Part shown: positions 58,876-64,000 of the stretch, piece by piece | Numbering within the stretch: the stretch's first letter is position 1 | How the letters are laid out: each line of letters opens with the position of its first letter | Source: a virus | Lineage: Duplodnaviria; Caudoviricetes | IMG/VR virus record: IMGVR_UViG_3300012983_000031 | Location: 96,001 to 160,000 of that record | Length of the DNA: 64,000 bases | Strand: one strand, 5' to 3' | The notes under the pieces: generated by a model | What the model saw: only the letters and a program-made list of their open reading frames with translations | Told to the model about the DNA's origin: nothing | Databases searched by the model: none | Translations under genes and position numbers: made by a program

Positions 58876-59664
58876 ATGGTTACAAGCGTAAAGATAAATG
58901 ACAACACTAATTCAGCTGTCAGGTATATATGTGAGGTTCCAGCATTCTCGAACGGTAAGGAATGGGTTTTTAAGCCTGGAATCAATATAATCGTTGGAGA
59001 GAATGGTTCTGGAAAGACAACATTGCTTGAGATTATTCGTCGTTATCTTCTTGTGGATTTTGATGAATGCGGTTGTGGTATGTTTAATAATCGCATAAAC
59101 ATGATTTGCAAAGGAAAATCGAATAAAGGGTTTGATGGTGTTGATGTTTATGCTGATTACAAGAAGAATACGTTCAGGCTTTGTCATAAGGATGAGAAAT
59201 CTAATGATGACATCATGACGAACTTTAATAGTTTCGGAACATTTTTCACGCAGGCTACGTCGTCAACTGGTGAAAGTGTTTCAATTGCTTTGAGTTCACT
59301 TTTTGAGAAGATGTTTTCCCAAGATGCAAAGCTTACATTTGATTATGATCACATTGATAAAATATATGATTTCTATATTCAATATGTCAAGAAGCACCGT
59401 ATAAAGTTCAAGCAAGGTGATGATAATGACAGGTACACTATATTGATGGATGAACCAGACAGGAACTTAAGCATACAGAACATTGATTATCTAAATGGAA
59501 TGTTGTCATATGATCGTCCAGACACACAGGTTATAGCAACAATTCATAATCCGTTATTAATATACAGTCTTTCAAATGATGAGAACATAAATATCATTGA
59601 AATGTCAGAAGGGTATGTCGAAACGGTTAAACAATACATTGATAAAATAATAAACAAAAAATAA
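58876..59664 (+). CDS. ABC/AAA-type ATPase
   Basis: GENGSGKT, STGE signature variant, LMDEPD, IHN. Confidence 0.85.
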   Translation: MVTSVKINDNTNSAVRYICEVPAFSNGKEWVFKPGINIIVGENGSGKTTLLEIIRRYLLVDFDECGCGMFNNRINMICKGKSNKGFDGVDVYADYKKNTFRLCHKDEKSNDDIMTNFNSFGTFFTQATSSTGESVSIALSSLFEKMFSQDAKLTFDYDHIDKIYDFYIQYVKKHRIKFKQGDDNDRYTILMDEPDRNLSIQNIDYLNGMLSYDRPDTQVIATIHNPLLIYSLSNDENINIIEMSEGYVETVKQYIDKIINKK

Positions 59665-59666
59665 TT

Positions 59667-59999
59667 ATGGAAAAATTTTTAGATAAACATTTTGGAAAAA
59701 ATCTTATCGACAAGGAAAAAATAGATAAGTTTCTTGATAAGGTATCGGATAAGGTAGCGGAAATAATCGCGAACTACATTATTGTGAATGTGTTTAACGG
59801 AGAAAATAAAAAAAGCAACATAGGTGTCGAACCATTTAAACCATATAATCCTCCGACAATAACAAATCCTCCGTTTGGACCAAACACGGTTGTGATGTAT
59901 GGTTGTATATCTGCACCTTACACATCAAACGTTGATGATATGAATAATCAGTTTACGGATACAACTTCATGTACTGTAAATACAAAACAAACCACATAG
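59667..59999 (+). CDS. Hypothetical protein
   Basis: ORF track. Confidence 0.6.
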   Translation: MEKFLDKHFGKNLIDKEKIDKFLDKVSDKVAEIIANYIIVNVFNGENKKSNIGVEPFKPYNPPTITNPPFGPNTVVMYGCISAPYTSNVDDMNNQFTDTTSCTVNTKQTT

Positions 60000-60002
60000 A
60001 AA

Positions 60003-60296
60003 ATGAAAAAAGATCCATTTGATTATCAATCTTTTAAGAAAAGAAACATTAATAATCCAGATGAAAATGAGAAGCTGTGCAAAATATTTAATGAAAACTG
60101 TATAGCGTTGTCCGATTTGGAATTCGCAAGGTATAAGGAATTCTGTCAGAACCATTTACACAAAGAAGTATATAAAGGTGCAAGTGGAGGAACCATAAGC
60201 CTTAGATTGACGTTAACATCAATAGGAACAGGAAAATCCTGTCATTGTTCAGTGTGCGATCAGGTTGCGAACATCACGGATTACGATATTTGGTAA
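60003..60296 (+). CDS. Hypothetical phage protein
   Basis: GASGG...TSIG...C..C...NITDYDIW. Confidence 0.65.
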   Translation: MKKDPFDYQSFKKRNINNPDENEKLCKIFNENCIALSDLEFARYKEFCQNHLHKEVYKGASGGTISLRLTLTSIGTGKSCHCSVCDQVANITDYDIW

Positions 60297-60333
60297 TGAG
60301 ATAAATAAAGCGAAAAGGAACCTGCTTTTAAAA

Positions 60334-60588
60334 ATGAAGAAGATTCTTGCGCTTATTCTGATTGCTACATTCACATCCTGCATAGGATTGGTAGATTATG
60401 GATATGATTATCCTGTGATGCCTCCACCACCTCCAAGACCGATGGTGACCTATGTTACAAGAACATGCTATTCATGCAACGGATCTGGCAGAGTTAGGTT
60501 AGTTGACAGATATGGAAGGGTTATGTCAAGACGTTGCCATAGCTGCGGAGGAACTGGAAGAGTTACAATTAAAAGTTCGAGATATTGA
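60334..60588 (+). CDS. Small lipoprotein with DnaJ-type CxxCxGxG zinc finger
   Basis: FTS-C lipobox, poly-Pro linker, CYSCNGSG and CHSCGGTG. Confidence 0.7.
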   Translation: MKKILALILIATFTSCIGLVDYGYDYPVMPPPPPRPMVTYVTRTCYSCNGSGRVRLVDRYGRVMSRRCHSCGGTGRVTIKSSRY

Positions 60589-60691
60589 TTTTTGTAGTCA
60601 TAATTTAGATTTTTTGTTTTTGGGTCGAACTTTTTTGTTCGATCCTTTTTTATTTAAAAGAAAAGTTGTATCTTTGCAACAAATTTAAAAT

Positions 60692-60901
60692 ATGTTTATA
60701 GTGATGGAAGATAATAAAAACACAAATGTCAGCTGTGGCGGATGCGGATGCGGATGTCTTTCGCTTATTGTCACATTTCTTTTAATTACATTTACAGTTA
60801 CATGTTTGGTTAATTCATGCAAGAGAGGCTCTCTGTGGGAAGGATGTGTGGAGACAGCACACGAGTATTATCAGACGGCGGATAGTGTTTGGAACAAATA
60901 A
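60692..60901 (+). CDS. Small Cys-rich membrane protein
   Basis: CGGCGCGC followed by a TM helix; after a host-type promoter (60669-60676). Confidence 0.6.
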   Translation: MFIVMEDNKNTNVSCGGCGCGCLSLIVTFLLITFTVTCLVNSCKRGSLWEGCVETAHEYYQTADSVWNK

Positions 60902-60922
60902 TTTAAAAATAAAAAAACAATT

Positions 60923-61357
60923 ATGTTAAACATCAACGATTTAATTATGAAGGCGATGAAGGAACGCCAGGAGCGTACTGTCATCGACACTTACCGTGCA
61001 ATTAAGGCAAAGATTCTTGAGTTTAAGACACAAAAGAACGCACCAGTATATGATGAGGCTGCTGAAGTTAAGCTGCTCCAGAAGATGTTAAAGGAACGCC
61101 AGGAGTCAGCTAATATCTACAAAAGCAACGGAAGAACAGATCTTGCTGACAATGAACTTCAGCAGGCGGATGTTATTTCACAATTGATTCCAGATCTGCC
61201 AAGCGAATTAGATGTTGAGGAATATATAGTTTCTCATTATCCTGATTTAATAGAGCAAAAGAAGATGGGTGCTGTTATTAAAGATGTTAAGTCAGTTTTC
61301 CCGTTGGCTGATGGATCTGTTATCGCTAATGTTGTTAAGAAATATATAAAGAAATGA
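60923..61357 (+). CDS. GatB/YqeY domain protein
   Basis: MKAMK...KMLKERQESANIY...GRTDLADNE...KMGAVIK. Confidence 0.85.
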   Translation: MLNINDLIMKAMKERQERTVIDTYRAIKAKILEFKTQKNAPVYDEAAEVKLLQKMLKERQESANIYKSNGRTDLADNELQQADVISQLIPDLPSELDVEEYIVSHYPDLIEQKKMGAVIKDVKSVFPLADGSVIANVVKKYIKK

Positions 61358-62136
61358 TTATGTCTCAAAAAACCATTGCAGACGTTTTGCGCAATTGTCC
61401 GTTGAACAAAAAATTGTATTCAACGGCATATGGTGATTTGCTTTTTAAGTACGTTAAGTTTGACGACATTGTAACATTTTCAAATGAACATAATAAAGAA
61501 ATAATATTCGATAGGAATGGTTATCTTTGTTATGGCGAGGTTGTCTTTAGTTGCACAGTAAAAGGAATGAAAGATGGTGGCGGATTTGTAAAAAAAAGCG
61601 ATTCGTGCCTGTTGTTCCCGTGCAGAGGTAATCATACATGGGAAAATTGGAGGTCTGTGTTATTCGATCAAGGAGACATTCTTTTTGATGATGTTAGAAC
61701 CAATGATGCTTATCAATTTGTTGCCTATGATGATATTGGTTGGATCGAGGTAGAAAATTCAAAAGCTCAAATATTAAATATGCCAATCAGTCATTTTCGG
61801 TTTGCATCGTTTGATGAATGTGAAAAATTTTATAATGATTTCACAACATCTGATGATGTAAAAAAAGATGAACCATCATGTGATTTTGACAAAACGAAAT
61901 ATTTCTGTAAGCAGGATGAAAGTGAACATGATCCTAAGTTCAAACCATACGATAAGGTTATCATTCGTAATAACGACAATGATAGCTGGAAAGCGACATT
62001 CTATTCACATGGTGTGATGAATCCAAATGGAACAATTGAACACTATACAACTGGCTGCACATATTGTGGTTACTGGCAATGCTTACCTTATAATGATCAA
62101 ACAAAACATCTTATCGGAACAGCAAACAAACCATAA
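61354..62136 (+). CDS. Hypothetical Bacteroidota-phage protein
   Basis: LYSTAYG, LLFP, KFKPYDKVIIR...QCLPYN...HLIGT. Confidence 0.7.
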   Translation: MIMSQKTIADVLRNCPLNKKLYSTAYGDLLFKYVKFDDIVTFSNEHNKEIIFDRNGYLCYGEVVFSCTVKGMKDGGGFVKKSDSCLLFPCRGNHTWENWRSVLFDQGDILFDDVRTNDAYQFVAYDDIGWIEVENSKAQILNMPISHFRFASFDECEKFYNDFTTSDDVKKDEPSCDFDKTKYFCKQDESEHDPKFKPYDKVIIRNNDNDSWKATFYSHGVMNPNGTIEHYTTGCTYCGYWQCLPYNDQTKHLIGTANKP

Positions 62137-62142
62137 AACAAA

Positions 62143-62706
62143 ATGGTAAAGGATAGACTATATGTTTTTTGCTTTTCCCATGAGGACTTTAATGACTACA
62201 TGAGGATGTCAAACCTGTTCGAGTCACCTGATTCTGAAATGGCTGTTATATCCATATGCTCACAGAACGATGATGACCCGTTCCATTGGTTTCAGGAAAA
62301 CCCATACGGAAATGTACTGAACATAGATTTTGATGATATGGATCCATCAATATGGTGGAGATCAAACATGTATGATATTCTTATGGATAAGTATCTTGAT
62401 GGGAAAAATGTGGATGATGAATTTAAGTTTTATGTTGATGATTGCCAATCATGTGAATTACATGCGATGACATATAATCAGGCTGAAAAAATAACAAATT
62501 ACATACGAACTAATATAGATCTTGGAATAAGAAAATTTTTCATCCATTGCTCCGCTGGAGTCTCGCGATCCCAAGGTGTTGTCAGGTATATCATGGATAC
62601 ATATGGCAATGAGTTTCAGGTGATAACAAGAAAAGAAAATCCATGCATCACACCTAACATACACGTTGTCAGAATGCTTAAACGAGTTGATCGTTTCAAG
62701 AGATAA
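62143..62706 (+). CDS. Protein-tyrosine/dual-specificity phosphatase-like protein
   Basis: HCSAGVSRS (CX5R) motif. Confidence 0.85.
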   Translation: MVKDRLYVFCFSHEDFNDYMRMSNLFESPDSEMAVISICSQNDDDPFHWFQENPYGNVLNIDFDDMDPSIWWRSNMYDILMDKYLDGKNVDDEFKFYVDDCQSCELHAMTYNQAEKITNYIRTNIDLGIRKFFIHCSAGVSRSQGVVRYIMDTYGNEFQVITRKENPCITPNIHVVRMLKRVDRFKR

Positions 62707-62729
62707 ATAAAAAAAAAATGTAATACGCA

Positions 62730-63632
62730 ATGGTACATAAACTCAATGAGCAACGCAGAATACATAAGGCTGTTCAGATTGTAACAACTGTGGGAAACAA
62801 AACGGCTAAAGCTGGAGATATTACTGCGGAAACGATATATAATTCTACTAAGAATGAAGCGCATAATGAAGCAATTAATAAAATCGCAAATTATGTTGTG
62901 TATGAACTAAAGAGAAATAAAAGAAAAACTGAGGCAGAAAAGAAACCAGTGCTGAAGAATGGTGACTATTTTGCAGTGGATGGTGGCGCGGTAGGGATAT
63001 TCAAAGAATATAGTAACGACGGTTTTATATCTGCATACGCTATTGTTGACAATGAAGGAAGATTGTTCGCTTCACCAAACGGAACGCATACCGTTGAAGT
63101 TCGTAACGATAGCACACGATTTGCTTATAAGCATGAAATATCAATGATAAACAGCGAACTCCAGGAACATGGATATACATGGAAAGCTGACACAAAAGAA
63201 TTAATATATGGAAGATGGACACCTAAGATGGGTGAACTCTATTATTATCTTCTCATAAAAGGAGCGTGCGAGTTCTTTGTTGCAGATGGTGAATGGAAGG
63301 ATTCCGCAGCAGATAAGAACAGGAACGAGAACGGTAACTGCTTCATGACAAGACAGGATGCTGCTGCATGGATGAAGAAACTTAATGATGCAACAAAAGA
63401 AGTTCGTGAGGAAATGATGAACAAGGCGAACCCTTGGATTGGATATGTGCCGAAGGATGAGATCAAAGATGAGATTAAAGATGAGCCGATTGTTCCAAAG
63501 GATGAGTCAAAGGATGAGCCGATACAGGAACAGATTGAAGAAGAAACTCCAAAAACAACAGAAACAGATAATGTCGAAAAGAAAAGTAAAGTTGGCATAC
63601 TTATCAATGCCTATCACAGGTTATTCGGTTGA
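62730..63632 (+). CDS. Hypothetical protein
   Basis: 300-aa ORF with (K)DE(I/P/S) short repeats near the C-terminus. Confidence 0.7.
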   Translation: MVHKLNEQRRIHKAVQIVTTVGNKTAKAGDITAETIYNSTKNEAHNEAINKIANYVVYELKRNKRKTEAEKKPVLKNGDYFAVDGGAVGIFKEYSNDGFISAYAIVDNEGRLFASPNGTHTVEVRNDSTRFAYKHEISMINSELQEHGYTWKADTKELIYGRWTPKMGELYYYLLIKGACEFFVADGEWKDSAADKNRNENGNCFMTRQDAAAWMKKLNDATKEVREEMMNKANPWIGYVPKDEIKDEIKDEPIVPKDESKDEPIQEQIEEETPKTTETDNVEKKSKVGILINAYHRLFG

Positions 63633-63885
63633 TGAAAGAATTAAACGGGCTGATATGCTGAAGGTCGCTCTGGCACATGAATACGACTGTGGCGTTATCA
63701 GCCCTTTTGATGCAGCACCGTATGATCCGAACAAGCCTTATGGACAATGCATGAAAGAATGTATTTCCAAATTGATTGATTGCGATATGGTTATATTTGA
63801 TAGCGGATGGTATAACTCCAACGGTTGCAGGATAGAAGCAGAGGTAGCAAGAGGATGTGAAAAGGAAATGATATTCTTGCACTGA
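63571..63885 (+). CDS. DUF4406-like (nucleoside deoxyribosyltransferase-fold) protein
   Basis: YLSMPITG, SPF, LIDCD...GWYNSNGCRIE. Confidence 0.75.
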   Translation: MSKRKVKLAYLSMPITGYSVDERIKRADMLKVALAHEYDCGVISPFDAAPYDPNKPYGQCMKECISKLIDCDMVIFDSGWYNSNGCRIEAEVARGCEKEMIFLH

Positions 63886-64000
63886 TGAATGATTATCATT
63901 ATAATATTGATGTCATGAAATATGTTGACAAGATGAAGCATTTCTGCCAGGTAAACGGAGTAAAGCTTAATCTTGTAAATCCTATAACGATACAGGATAA
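63885..64000 (+). CDS. Hypothetical protein, 3'-partial
   Basis: ATG overlaps the preceding stop; frame open to the window end. Confidence 0.5.
   Translation, partial: MNDYHYNIDVMKYVDKMKHFCQVNGVKLNLVNPITIQD

Overview
A 64-kb, AT-rich segment of a large T4-like (myovirus-type, probably jumbo) phage. The host is inferred to be Bacteroidota (Prevotella/Bacteroides-like) from 11 TAnnTTTG promoters, a DUF4494-like gene and host-style lipoproteins. The genetic code is standard. Replication and nucleotide genes include an NAD-dependent ligase, a DinG-like helicase, ThyX, a probable sliding clamp, and a family-B DNA polymerase split into two genes about 18 kb apart, with a mini-intein in motif C. 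Virion genes include the tail sheath, tail tube, a tape-measure-like protein, gp6- and gp25-like baseplate proteins and the large terminase. The window also carries an ECF-like sigma factor, an S1-domain protein, two orphan adenine methyltransferases and 16 tRNA genes, one interrupted by a 650-nt group I intron. The standout feature is a compact, transposase-free RNA-guided nuclease locus at 47.45-49.53 kb. It consists of a 424-aa TnpB-like protein with an intact RuvC D-E-D triad, a structured 266-nt intergenic RNA with two anti-repeat segments, and an 8-repeat CRISPR array, with no cas1/cas2. This looks like a phage-borne TnpB-to-Cas12 transition system. The tRNA region also holds several unannotated structured RNAs, and three promoter classes can be read directly from the sequence. 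All family assignments come from motif recognition by eye; no database searches were run.
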